Shown here piece after piece: positions 20,783 through 30,301 of a DNA stretch of 64,000 bases (its first letter is position 1; every line of letters begins with the position of its first letter). The translations under genes and the position numbers were made by a program. The DNA comes from an uncultured cyanobacterium (lineage in GTDB: Bacteria > Cyanobacteriota > Cyanobacteriia > CAKZMO01): positions 1 through 64,000 of the forward strand of contig CAVRCJ010000017.1 of the NCBI GenBank assembly GCA_963719515.1. The letters run 5' to 3'. The notes under the pieces are model-generated. The model did not search any database. It was given only the letters and a program-made list of their open reading frames with translations, and was not told where the DNA came from.

Positions 20783-21385
20783 ATGTCCGATTTCACGCAG
20801 CCTTCACCCGAGAGTAACCAAGTCGACCTGGACTTTGTTCAGCAGATTCTTGCCGTCAGCGGTGAAGGATATTGCTGGGATCCTAGCCAGAATATCGGCG
20901 CTGATCTCGATGTCGATCCAAACCTGGGGGAGGAGGGCCTGCTGGACTCCGCAACAGCGCGGGAAACCCTCAACAACAAGCTATTTTTTGAAACCCTAGA
21001 AAACGCCTGGAACGAAGCAGATGCAGCCCTAGCGTTAGAGACTGAACTTGTACAGGCTTTAGGCAATCGCATGCCGCAGCCGCTGCTGCAGACACTCTTA
21101 GAAAAAGCTCAGCAGGCTGTCCACGCCGGACAGACTTTAGGAGACCAGCTGGTTCAATGCGTGCAGGGTCTGATTCCCCAGCTTGACGCAGACGATTTGC
21201 TTGTGATGGCGCGACCCTATGCCTTGGCCATGCGGAGCTCCGAAGCGTCTATGTCGTTAGAGACCCTACGCTCGTCAGTCCGCGTCGCCCAATGGACCGA
21301 GCTTTCCCCAATTGAACGCGCCCGCCTCAGCCTCGAGATATCCCACTACGTGCTGACTCAGCTCCCTCACCAAGCTACCTCTTAA
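20783..21385 (+). CDS. Conserved cyanobacterial hypothetical protein
   Basis: 200-aa ORF with AGGAG RBS; C-terminal LARPYALAMR-like and WTELSPIERARLSL segments. Confidence 0.75.
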   Translation: MSDFTQPSPESNQVDLDFVQQILAVSGEGYCWDPSQNIGADLDVDPNLGEEGLLDSATARETLNNKLFFETLENAWNEADAALALETELVQALGNRMPQPLLQTLLEKAQQAVHAGQTLGDQLVQCVQGLIPQLDADDLLVMARPYALAMRSSEASMSLETLRSSVRVAQWTELSPIERARLSLEISHYVLTQLPHQATS

Positions 21386-21416
21386 ACGTAGGCTCCGGCG
21401 ATATTTCTGGCGATCG

Positions 21417-22811
21417 CTAACGACGACGGGCAAAGCGCGTAGCAAAGTTTTGCGCCCGCGTGGGGGAAATGGCTCTCGCTTTGAGGATAGCTGCCGTCAA
21501 AAAGGCGTAGGACAGTGAGCCGATCAGGGCCAGCACCGCCGGGTTAACAAACCCCGTTGTATTCCACAGCGCATGCAGCAGCGCCGCTGACAGATAGCCT
21601 ACCAGCAGCGTTTGCCAGCGGTATTTAGGCTTGAGGACGCTGAGACCGATGAAGTAGCCTAGATAACCGCTATAGGCCATGTGACCTGAGACTGCCCCCA
21701 AGATGCGGGGAATCAAAATCTGTAGACCCAGTAGTCCAGCTTCGAGATCGATCTGACTGGAGGACTGCCGCCGCAGCTCGTCGGCGATTCCCGGTACGTA
21801 CTGGCCCAAGGTCTCTACCAGAGTAAACCCCACAGCTGAGGCCGTTCCCAGCAAAATTCCATCGAGCGGTTCGCATACCCCCAGCGATCGCCTGTTGCGG
21901 AATAAAAGCGGACCGATCCACGCCACGGCCAGCACCGGAAGCGCTTTCAGCAGCTCCTCCATCAGCCCAGCGCCAAAGAACATCTGCAGCAGCAGTTGCC
22001 CGATCTTGATGCTTTCGGGGTCCGATGGAATTTCGCCCGGCAGGATATCTCGAAACACGATGATGAACAGGTCGAGCACCGGGCTGAGCAACAGAAGCAC
22101 GGTGGCCAGCGCGACCCCCAAAAGCATCCACCAGGGCTTTTGCTTTCCGCACAGCTGATAGACGAAGTAATAGGCCAGCCCCGAAATATAGGCCGCCAAA
22201 ATTCCGTTGAACCAGCTCGGGTTGCCCACGGCGATAAACATGGACACCACGAAAAGTACGGTGACTACCCCTGGCCCTAGGTAAGCTTTTCGGGTGAGGT
22301 CGTGGCCGGTGGACACAATGGGAAACAGCTGACTCACCGTGAGGCGGCTTGAGGCCAAATGTCCTTCGCCGATGAGAGCGCTATCGTCGTCCACCTCAGG
22401 GTTGGTGCCGTAGTGGTGGGCGGGTACGGGAAGATGGGCTGCCAGATCTTCAGGGGAGAGCACCTCAAAGATGAACTGCGGCCCTTGGCGTCCTAGGCTG
22501 ACGCGATCGCCCTCTTGAAGAATATGGGGGGCCTCTAACCGCAGACCGTTAACGTAAGTACCATTTGAGCTATCGAGGTCTTCGACTTGCCAAGCCGCCT
22601 CAGGGTTTATACCAGCATCTCCATAGGCCGCAATTCGGGCGTGGTGGCGGGAAACGCCCGTATAAACGCGGGTATCTAAGACAATGTGACAGGCTGGATC
22701 CCGCCCAATTCTGACATCTCCAGCATAGGGGAGAGGGTAAAACTCAAGGCTGGCAATCCCTTCAGAGGAAACTTGCCGTAGAATTGCGGCGGGTGGGCGG
22801 GAGCTGTTCAT
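21417..22811 (-). CDS. FHA domain + PrsW family intramembrane metalloprotease
   Basis: IGRDP..VSRHHA..SSNGTYVNG (FHA); EELLK, GFTLVET, HMAYSG and LHALWN (PrsW). Confidence 0.9.
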   Translation of the reverse strand: MNSSRPPAAILRQVSSEGIASLEFYPLPYAGDVRIGRDPACHIVLDTRVYTGVSRHHARIAAYGDAGINPEAAWQVEDLDSSNGTYVNGLRLEAPHILQEGDRVSLGRQGPQFIFEVLSPEDLAAHLPVPAHHYGTNPEVDDDSALIGEGHLASSRLTVSQLFPIVSTGHDLTRKAYLGPGVVTVLFVVSMFIAVGNPSWFNGILAAYISGLAYYFVYQLCGKQKPWWMLLGVALATVLLLLSPVLDLFIIVFRDILPGEIPSDPESIKIGQLLLQMFFGAGLMEELLKALPVLAVAWIGPLLFRNRRSLGVCEPLDGILLGTASAVGFTLVETLGQYVPGIADELRRQSSSQIDLEAGLLGLQILIPRILGAVSGHMAYSGYLGYFIGLSVLKPKYRWQTLLVGYLSAALLHALWNTTGFVNPAVLALIGSLSYAFLTAAILKARAISPTRAQNFATRFARRR

Positions 22812-22969
22812 TACCCTATTGCAGAGCGAATTCTCTGTTGAGCGCAAGGCTGTACCATCGATACCATCGCGTCAACGCTGTTACATCAATGCTGTTACAA
22901 CAACACTATTGCAATAATGGCACAACCTTATCTACGTCAGCTAAGGGGAGTAGGTCCGCAGGCGATCGC

Positions 22970-23167
22970 CTACAGATTGGCGCGGGCATCCTGCACAGCC
23001 GCGTAGAAGAATAGTGCAGTAAGCGGAACGCTAAAAGCCAAGATGACGCTGGTCACCGTCCCACCGAGCTGGGGTACCCCAGAAGATAGCTCAAACACAG
23101 AACCCACCGCCGCGATCGCCGCAACGCAGGAACAGGCGAGAAAAAGCCCGCTTTTAGGAGTTAACAT
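22970..23167 (-). CDS. Small conserved membrane protein
   Basis: 65 aa, two TM helices, AAVGSVFELSSG; downstream of def. Confidence 0.75.
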   Translation of the reverse strand: MLTPKSGLFLACSCVAAIAAVGSVFELSSGVPQLGGTVTSVILAFSVPLTALFFYAAVQDARANL

Positions 23168-23289
23168 GGCACCTCGATGTCATAGAAGCTTCAAAATTCT
23201 ACACCAGCGACAGCGTCCCGGTGGGCGAGCCTCAGCGATCTGCCCAGGGGCGCTGCCGCTGCGGCAATCCAGTAAAAGTGAGATTTGGG

Positions 23290-23859
23290 CTAGGCGATCG
23301 CCTGGACAGCCTGGGGGGAGAAGCCGTGCTTGCTGAGCTCCTCGGCCAGCAGCAGCGCATTGTCTACGCGATCGACGAACATGACGCCGTTGAGGTGGTC
23401 CATCTCGTGCTGAATCACGCGAGACACCAGTCCGTCTACTTTTCGCCGCTGGGGCCGTCCGTTTTCGTCTTTGAACGAAACTTCGACGATTTTGGGCCGC
23501 GTCACGTCTAAAAACACGTTGGGGATGCTCAAGCAGCCCTCTTTGACGGCGCACAGCTCTTTGCCGGAACCCTTAATCACAGGGTTGATTAGCACTAGGG
23601 GCGGCGTGGCGGCGTCTTCCGGGTCAGGATCTACCACCAAGACCTGCTTATTGACGCCCACCTGGGGAGCCGCGAGCCCAATGCCGTCTTCGCTGTACAT
23701 GGTCTGCAGCATTTCTTTGACGAACTTGCGCATGTCGGCGTCGACTTTTGTCACGCGCTTAGCGGGCTGACGCAGGACGCGATCGCCAAGGTAATGGAGC
23801 TGGAGCGGCGGTTTGGCCAGCTTCTTCTTTTCAACAAGCACTTGGGTTTGAGGAGCCAT
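23290..23859 (-). CDS. def: Peptide deformylase
   Basis: GIGLAAPQVG, EGCLS and QHEMDHL motifs. Confidence 0.97.
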   Translation of the reverse strand: MAPQTQVLVEKKKLAKPPLQLHYLGDRVLRQPAKRVTKVDADMRKFVKEMLQTMYSEDGIGLAAPQVGVNKQVLVVDPDPEDAATPPLVLINPVIKGSGKELCAVKEGCLSIPNVFLDVTRPKIVEVSFKDENGRPQRRKVDGLVSRVIQHEMDHLNGVMFVDRVDNALLLAEELSKHGFSPQAVQAIA

Positions 23860-23973
23860 GGGAAATAAGACGGGAAACCTTGACGAGTTTGACAGCTATT
23901 ATCCCTATAATAGTCAATTATTTGGGGCTATTTGAGTTCCCTTGGGGACGACCGAATTGCGTGAACGCCAATT

Positions 23974-24876
23974 ATGCTGAGATTCGTTACAAAGCTAGAC
24001 TACCTGCTGCGGGAAACGCTGCTGGGGCTAAAGCGAGGCGGCTGGATGAACTGGGCGGCCGTGAGCACCGTGACGGTGCTGCTGTTTCTGTTTGGCCTCA
24101 GCCTCCAGGCCTCTTGGCAATTTGAGCGGCTGCTCAACCAGTTTGGCAGTCAGCTTGAGATTTCGGCTTACCTAGAGCCAACCGTCAACGGCCCGCAGGT
24201 TGAGCCTTCTATCACCGCCCTAGAAGACGTCGCAGCGGTGACGCTGGTGACAAGAGACGAGGCCTGGAAAACGCTGCTGGAGGCCATGGGGCTATCCGAC
24301 ATTGCGGGGGCGACTCAACAGCTGAGCGGTAACCCCCTGGTAGACGAACTGAAGGTGCGGGCCGCTAGCTCGGAAGCCGTTCCCGATCTGGCGGTCAGAG
24401 TCGCCGCTATTGAGGGCGTCGACGCGGTGCAGTACGTCGATGAAGCCGTGAGGCGCATTACTGAACTCAACGAAGGGCTGAGCGTCATTAGCATCGTGAT
24501 CGTTTCGCTGCTGATTCTCACGGCTATAGCCGTAATCACAACGACCATTCGCCTAATCGTCATGGCGCGGCGGCAAGAAATTGAGGTGATGCAGCTGGTG
24601 GGCGCAACGGCCACCTGGATTTATTTCCCGTTTATTTTGCAGGGGATTGCTTTTGGGTTCGTTGGGGCGCTGATGGCCTGGGGAGGGCTTCTGGGCGTCC
24701 AGCAGTCCATTCACCATCTCCTCACCCGGCAGCCGGATTTTATTCAGTACCTGGCTCAAGATACTGGCGTCAGCACAAGGCCGCTGATGCTGCCGCTAAT
24801 TTTGCTGGCGCTGGGCACTTCCGTCGGCCTGATGGGCAGCCTGTTTGCCGTTCGCCGCCATGCCGCTAGGCCGTAG
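23974..24876 (+). CDS. ftsX: Cell division permease FtsX
   Basis: TIRLIVMARRQEIEVMQLVGAT.WIYFPF motif and four TM segments. Confidence 0.9.
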   Translation: MLRFVTKLDYLLRETLLGLKRGGWMNWAAVSTVTVLLFLFGLSLQASWQFERLLNQFGSQLEISAYLEPTVNGPQVEPSITALEDVAAVTLVTRDEAWKTLLEAMGLSDIAGATQQLSGNPLVDELKVRAASSEAVPDLAVRVAAIEGVDAVQYVDEAVRRITELNEGLSVISIVIVSLLILTAIAVITTTIRLIVMARRQEIEVMQLVGATATWIYFPFILQGIAFGFVGALMAWGGLLGVQQSIHHLLTRQPDFIQYLAQDTGVSTRPLMLPLILLALGTSVGLMGSLFAVRRHAARP

Positions 24877-24899
24877 AGCCCAACCCCGGGTTGCAGCCG

Positions 24900-25481
24900 C
24901 TACAGCAGCAGGCAGTGACGCTGAATCGCCCGCTTCAGCAGCGGCTGGTATTCCTCGTCAGATACGATGTAAGACCCAAACCTTTCGAGGTGAGGGTTTG
25001 TCATTTGGGCGTCGAATAGCGTGAACTGCCGCGCGCGCAGCCGCTCCACCAGCTTCACCATCGCCACCTTTGAGCCTTCTGGAATGCGGTAGAACATCGA
25101 TTCCCCAATGAACGCGCCGCCAATAGCAATTCCCAAAATTCCGCCCGCGAGCTCTTCGCCCTGCCAAGCTTCGAAGCTGTAGGCCCACCCGGCTTGATTG
25201 AGCGCTAGATAGAGCTGCTGCAGCGTCGGCGATATCCAGGTCGTCTCGCGGTCGGCACACCCCTGAACGACTTGCTCAAACGCCTGGTTGATCGAAACCT
25301 GGAAGCGGTTTTGGTTGAGAGCCCGGCGCAGCGATCGCGGATAGCGAAAGCGATGGTCTAACGGGATCAGCGCTCGCTCTCGGCTGGCGTACCAGTTCAG
25401 CGACGTGCCGTCATCGTCGGCCATCAAAAAGTAGCCGTTGGCGTATTGATCGACGATGGCGGGAACGTTGAACGCGACCAT
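24900..25481 (-). CDS. aat: Leucyl/phenylalanyl-tRNA-protein transferase
   Basis: TWIS, FIGESMF, SKVA and DAQMTNPHL motifs. Confidence 0.93.
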   Translation of the reverse strand: MVAFNVPAIVDQYANGYFLMADDDGTSLNWYASRERALIPLDHRFRYPRSLRRALNQNRFQVSINQAFEQVVQGCADRETTWISPTLQQLYLALNQAGWAYSFEAWQGEELAGGILGIAIGGAFIGESMFYRIPEGSKVAMVKLVERLRARQFTLFDAQMTNPHLERFGSYIVSDEEYQPLLKRAIQRHCLLL

Positions 25482-25574
25482 GGGGTTGGGTTAGTTTACC
25501 TCTTTCAGCCTGTGGAGTAGAACAGCGGAATGTGTCACCATAGCGGTAACTCAATCGCTACTCATGGTTTGATT

Positions 25575-25901
25575 ATGACTGAGCCATATTCGCCAACGCT
25601 GCCCCCCGCTGCCCATCCTCAGCAAGAGGGGGAATGGTTGAAGGTTAATCTGCAGCACTGGCTCGACACAGAATTTGTTGCAGAGCCTATCAATCAAGCG
25701 ATCGCCCAGCGGGCAACGCAGGTGTTCGTGCGGCAGCGCATGGAGGGCGAAACGGATGTCGGGGCGCTGGTGCTAGCTATTGTGACCGAGATGCAGGCGT
25801 TTGACTTTTCTCGGAGCTTTTTTAGCGAGTTTGCTGTAGCCAACGCCGTCAGCGATCTGCTGCTAGATAGCTTAGGTATTGAACGGTGCTGTGGCCAATA
25901 G
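25575..25901 (+). CDS. Conserved hypothetical protein
   Basis: WLDTEF, FVRQRMEGE, FAVANAVSDLL and C-terminal CCGQ. Confidence 0.8.
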   Translation: MTEPYSPTLPPAAHPQQEGEWLKVNLQHWLDTEFVAEPINQAIAQRATQVFVRQRMEGETDVGALVLAIVTEMQAFDFSRSFFSEFAVANAVSDLLLDSLGIERCCGQ

Positions 25902-25936
25902 CATTCTACGCCTAAATTAAAACAGGCGGGCATACT

Positions 25937-25970
25937 AAAAAGGGCCTACCCTCGATGGTCGAGTAGGCCT
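25937..25970 (-). terminator. Terminator of rpsN
   Basis: Minus-strand GGCCTAC..GTAGGCC stem followed by a T run. Confidence 0.65.
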
Positions 25971-25992
25971 CAAAACTCAGGTCAGCGGGCTG

Positions 25993-26295
25993 CTACCAGC
26001 TCGACTTGACGACGCCGGGGAGCAGACCTTCATGGGCCATTTCCCGCAGAGCGTTGCGGCACAGACCAAAATCGCGATAAACACTGCGAGGACGACCCGT
26101 GAGCCAGCAGCGGTTGCGAAGGCGATTGGGGGCGCTGTTGCGGGGCAGCTGCTGGATCTGGCGGTGAACCATCAGCTTTTCCTGCTGTGAGGTGGCGTTG
26201 TCAAACTGCTCTTTCAGCTCTTGCCGCTTTTGAGCATATTTTTCAATTATTCGCTTGCGCTTCTTGTCGCGCTCAACCATGGCTTTTTTGGCCAT
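25993..26295 (-). CDS. rpsN: 30S ribosomal protein S14
   Basis: [26 protein letters not shown] and LPGVVKSSW motifs. Confidence 0.98.
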   Translation of the reverse strand: MAKKAMVERDKKRKRIIEKYAQKRQELKEQFDNATSQQEKLMVHRQIQQLPRNSAPNRLRNRCWLTGRPRSVYRDFGLCRNALREMAHEGLLPGVVKSSW

Positions 26296-26449
26296 CGACT
26301 CGATACTCCTGGAATGGGACGTTGAAGATTTGGATAGTATTTTCCATTATAGCTAATTTCTCAAGGGGTTACTGCAAGCAAGCGAAATTGCCAATCAGCC
26401 AATCGAAATACGATAGGCTTGACTGCGTGCCCCCTTCAATACATAGGTT

Positions 26450-27085
26450 ATGTCTGACCCCACAGCCACCACCGATCGCCCCAACCTCGATTCAGATCAG
26501 TACCGCCGCAAAATGCAGCGCCGCAAAGAAGTTCAAGAGCAGCGCGTCGCCGAGCGCAGCCGTGAAAAGGGCCTAGTCATTGTCCATACCGGCAACGGCA
26601 AGGGCAAAACCACCGCCGCCCTGGGAATGGTCGTGCGATCGCTGGGGCATGGCTACCGGGTGGCGATTGTGCAGTTTATCAAAGGAGCCTGGGAGCCTGC
26701 GGAGAAAGCTGTCTTGAGCCAGTGGTCTGAGCAGCTTGAGTTTCACGCCTTGGGGGAAGGGTTCACCTGGGAGACCCAGGACCGCGATCGCGATATTGCT
26801 AAGGCGGAGGCGGCTTGGGAAAAGGCGCTGGCATTCATCACCAATCCCGAGTTCAAGCTCACCCTGCTGGACGAGGTCAATATTGCCCTGAAGCTAGGCT
26901 ATCTGTCGGTGGAGCAGGTCGTTGAGGGGCTCGCTCAAAAGCCGGAAGACTCCCACGTCATTTTGACGGGGCGGGGGGCACCCGCTGAGCTGATTGAGCA
27001 GGCAGACCTAGTGACAGAAATGACCCTGGTGAAGCATCCGTTTCGCGAGCAGGGGGTCAAGGCGCAGCCGGGGATCGAGTTCTGA
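26450..27085 (+). CDS. cobO: Cob(I)yrinic acid a,c-diamide adenosyltransferase
   Basis: TGNGKGKTTAALG, QFIKG, LDEVN, TGR and KHPF..G.EF motifs. Confidence 0.95.
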   Translation: MSDPTATTDRPNLDSDQYRRKMQRRKEVQEQRVAERSREKGLVIVHTGNGKGKTTAALGMVVRSLGHGYRVAIVQFIKGAWEPAEKAVLSQWSEQLEFHALGEGFTWETQDRDRDIAKAEAAWEKALAFITNPEFKLTLLDEVNIALKLGYLSVEQVVEGLAQKPEDSHVILTGRGAPAELIEQADLVTEMTLVKHPFREQGVKAQPGIEF

Positions 27086-27247
27086 GCGCCCGTGGCGTTT
27101 TTGCAGCAGGCTGACTGCTTGGCAGCCCCCTGGCGATCGCGACAGGCAGTGGGGCTCCATCAGTCTGTATTTTAAAGCACCATAATGGGCTTAAATAGAG
27201 CGCGGTTATACTGGACTGAACTTGAGGCCCATCATCCCCAGGACACC

Positions 27248-27757
27248 ATGACCGACTTTCCCCTCGCCGACAAGCTCCTCACCCAGTCTATGCTTGATGA
27301 GACGGCCCAGCAGGCCCTTGCGAGTCCTCGCCTGCGGAAAAACTGCAACTTTCACGAGCTGCACGAGCGGGTACAGCGCTTCGTTAACGTTATGCAGCCG
27401 GGCACCTACGTTCGCCCCCACTGCCACCACCGCGACTCGGAGACCAATGGGTTCGAGTTTTTTTTGGTGCTGCAGGGCAGCGTCGGCATTTTGGTCTTTG
27501 ACGATAGCGGGCAGGCCATCCGTCGTCATCGGGTAAGCGATCGCGGCCCGGTGCGCGCCATTGAGCTCCCTGAGGGAACCTATCATACTCTGGTGGCCCT
27601 AGCCCCCAATACCGCTATGCTAGAGATCAAAGAAGGCCCCTACTCCGCCCAGAGTGACAAGAACTTCATGGCCCGTTTCCCTGAGGAGGGGACGACTGAA
27701 GCAGAAGCCTGCGTAGAGGCATGGGAGTACTATTTCCAGAATTCCGTCCCCGCATAG
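27248..27757 (+). CDS. WbuC family cupin
   Basis: SPRLRKNCNFH, YVRPHCH, YHTL and EIKEGPY motifs. Confidence 0.88.
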   Translation: MTDFPLADKLLTQSMLDETAQQALASPRLRKNCNFHELHERVQRFVNVMQPGTYVRPHCHHRDSETNGFEFFLVLQGSVGILVFDDSGQAIRRHRVSDRGPVRAIELPEGTYHTLVALAPNTAMLEIKEGPYSAQSDKNFMARFPEEGTTEAEACVEAWEYYFQNSVPA

Positions 27758-27764
27758 CTGTCCC

Positions 27765-28616
27765 ATGAGTCCGACCGCCGTTCTACTGCTTTCCTGCCCA
27801 GACCAGCAGGGGCTCGTTGCCAAAATTGCCAACTTTATCTACGCCAACGGCGGCAATATTATCCATGCGGCTCAGCATACCGATATGGAAGCGGACCTGT
27901 TCCTAACGCGCATTGAGTGGGAGTTGGCGGGGTTTAACCTCCCCCGCGATATCATTGCCCCGGCCTTTGATGCGATCGCCCAGCCTCTGCAGGCCCGCTG
28001 GCACATTCGCTTTTCTGACGCGGTGCCTCGGGTGGCGATTTTAGTGACGAAGCAGGACCACTGTCTGCTGGATTTGCTGTGGCGACAGCAGGCCAAGGAG
28101 TTTTCGGCAGACATCCCGCTGATTATCAGCAACCACGAGCGGCTGCGCCCGGTGGCCGAGCAGTTTGGCATCGACTATCATCACGTTCCCGTTACGGCTG
28201 AAACTAAGGCGGGGGCGGAGGCGGCGCAGCTGGCGCTGCTAGACCAGTACCAGATCGACCTGGTGGTGCTGGCGAAGTACATGCAGGTGCTGAGCCCCGC
28301 CTTACTAGAGCAGTTTTCTCAGATCATCAATATTCACCATTCGTTTTTACCCGCTTTTGCTGGGGCTAACCCCTATAAGCGGGCTCACCAGCGCGGGGTG
28401 AAAATTATTGGCGCAACGGCCCACTACGCCACGGTGGACCTGGATGAGGGGCCGATTATTGAGCAGGATGTGGTGCGGGTAACTCACCGCGATGAGGTGC
28501 TAGACCTGGTGCGTAAGGGAAAGGATTTGGAGCGGGTGGTGCTGGCACGGGCGGTGAGAGCCCATTTGCAAAACCGGGTGCTGGTATATGGAAACCGGAC
28601 GGCGGTGTTTGTTTGA
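27765..28616 (+). CDS. purU: Formyltetrahydrofolate deformylase
   Basis: ACT domain; LAKYMQVLS, NIHHSFLPAF and LDEGPIIEQ motifs. Confidence 0.97.
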   Translation: MSPTAVLLLSCPDQQGLVAKIANFIYANGGNIIHAAQHTDMEADLFLTRIEWELAGFNLPRDIIAPAFDAIAQPLQARWHIRFSDAVPRVAILVTKQDHCLLDLLWRQQAKEFSADIPLIISNHERLRPVAEQFGIDYHHVPVTAETKAGAEAAQLALLDQYQIDLVVLAKYMQVLSPALLEQFSQIINIHHSFLPAFAGANPYKRAHQRGVKIIGATAHYATVDLDEGPIIEQDVVRVTHRDEVLDLVRKGKDLERVVLARAVRAHLQNRVLVYGNRTAVFV

Positions 28617-28635
28617 GCGTTTTGTTCAGCCCAAA

Positions 28636-28672
28636 GGTTGGAGTTGACGTTGGCGGGCGTCGACCCCAACCC
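28636..28672. terminator. Hairpin between convergent genes
   Basis: GGTTGGAGTTGACG / CGTCGACCCCAACC imperfect inverted repeat. Confidence 0.5.
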
Positions 28673-28695
28673 ATCAGTTTAGGCCCGGTACGCCG

Positions 28696-28977
28696 TTAGC
28701 TCACCACGTCTAGGGACCGCAGCCGCATGAGATAGAACAACACCTGTCCCTGGCTCTGGGTGATGTTGACGCCGTTGGGGCCAATCTCGATGGGGCCGGT
28801 CCACATGGCCTGCTCGACGTAGCGCTTCAAGTGCAGTCGGTAGATGGTTTCGCGGACGGCTTCGGGGGAGCCGATGATCACGTGGCGGACAACTTCGCCG
28901 CTGGGGCCGGGGTCGGGAGTGGTCAGCACGGTGGGTGCCGCCTCGGTTTGAGGCAGCTCGGGGTATAAGAATGTCAT
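28696..28977 (-). CDS. Small cyanobacterial hypothetical protein (RHxxIGSPxAV..TI..LH motif)
   Basis: 93 aa from ATG 28977. EVVRHVIIGSPEAVRETIYRLHLKRYVEQAMW resembles a multi-copy cyanobacterial small-protein family (from recall, unverified). Confidence 0.7.
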   Translation of the reverse strand: MTFLYPELPQTEAAPTVLTTPDPGPSGEVVRHVIIGSPEAVRETIYRLHLKRYVEQAMWTGPIEIGPNGVNITQSQGQVLFYLMRLRSLDVVS

Positions 28978-29113
28978 GGGTTTTCTCTCTTTTTTTAGGG
29001 TAAGAAAACCCAAAAACTCAGTCCATCCCTTGTCTTGGGCGTCTAGGATGGCTGGGAGCATTGCGGATACAATACTGCCAGCCCGAAGACAGCGGATTCC
29101 TGTCTAAGGGTCA

Positions 29114-29148
29114 GGGCACGATCGCTGCTGGTAACAGCGATCGTGCCC
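29114..29148. repeat. Perfect 14-bp inverted repeat
   Basis: GGGCACGATCGCTG-CTGGTAA-CAGCGATCGTGCCC. Confidence 0.9.
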
Positions 29149-29557
29149 GTCAGACCAAATTTTTGGGTGTGGTCAAGCTGTAATTTGTGGGTCACAGCTC
29201 ATAGGTGAAGAGTGTAGCGCCTTAGTACGCCAGAATCAAGATATTTTTTTCGGAGGGCGATCGCGATACTGGTGTAGACGGCTCATGAGCTGAGGCAGAA
29301 CAGCATCGGGATGAAGGCGTTGCCTCAGGACCTGTCGCTTTCACTGAAGTGTTTGCGAAGCATACCCGTAAGATAGACGCTATGCGATCGCCCCTAAAAT
29401 GAGGCAATAGTGATTACGCGGCGGACACTGGATGGCTTTACAGTGAATCTTGTAACCAAAGCTGAACAATCTCGCAAGCTTATCGGCGATTATATATGCT
29501 TTATCGTTAATTTTTCTTATTCTCGAAAGGATATTTTAAAATCCAAAGGAAGTAAAG

Positions 29558-30274
29558 ATGTCAGCGTATTACAACCTCGAAGCAATGCGCGAATACTGTA
29601 ATTGCGGCAATCTGCTGAACCATGAAGCTACGTTTCGCCATAAGAGCGGAGATCGCGAAATTGATATATATTATACCGAAGAAATTTTTGATTTTCTTAC
29701 TTGTCCTGCTTGCAATGAAGTGACTCTCGTATGCTATTCCGCGTCAATAAATTCCAATGAAGAATATGACTCAAAAGTAGATTTATATCGAGAGTTTCGT
29801 CGTACAGTTATCCATTCTCCAAACAAGCAGCTTCATCCTTCAGTTCCCAGATCAATAGTTGAAGTTATCTCTCAAGCTCAGGCAGTCTTGTACAAGTCGC
29901 CGCGCGCAAGCTTTATTCTCTCTAGGGCAGTGCTGGAAGAGATCTGTAATGAGTTCAATATCCCTACCGAAGCTTCGAATAAGGATGGAAAAATACGCTT
30001 TGTCGGTCTTGGCGAAAGGCTTACGCAACTTTTCAGGCAAGAAAAAATGCCCGAAGGTCTAACAGATATTATCAGAGGCATTAAAGAGCTTGGTAACAAG
30101 GGAGCGCATTCGAAGCACTTGTTTTTTGCAAAGCAAGCAAAGGCTGAAGATGCAAGTAACTTGTTAATACTTGTGAACTATGTTATTGAGCGGCTGTATA
30201 TTGACACACATCGAAAAAGAGAAGCAAAGCAAGTATTAGAAGACTTAAAGCTGAAGTTTTCTCCTTCAAGCTGA
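29558..30274 (+). CDS. DUF4145 domain protein with N-terminal Cys motifs
   Basis: CNCG..CPAC, SPRASFILSRAVLE and IKELGNKGAH (HEPN-like). Visibly AT-richer than its neighbours. Confidence 0.8.
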   Translation: MSAYYNLEAMREYCNCGNLLNHEATFRHKSGDREIDIYYTEEIFDFLTCPACNEVTLVCYSASINSNEEYDSKVDLYREFRRTVIHSPNKQLHPSVPRSIVEVISQAQAVLYKSPRASFILSRAVLEEICNEFNIPTEASNKDGKIRFVGLGERLTQLFRQEKMPEGLTDIIRGIKELGNKGAHSKHLFFAKQAKAEDASNLLILVNYVIERLYIDTHRKREAKQVLEDLKLKFSPSS

Positions 30275-30301
30275 TCGTAAACGTTCTTAGACAAAATAGT
30301 C

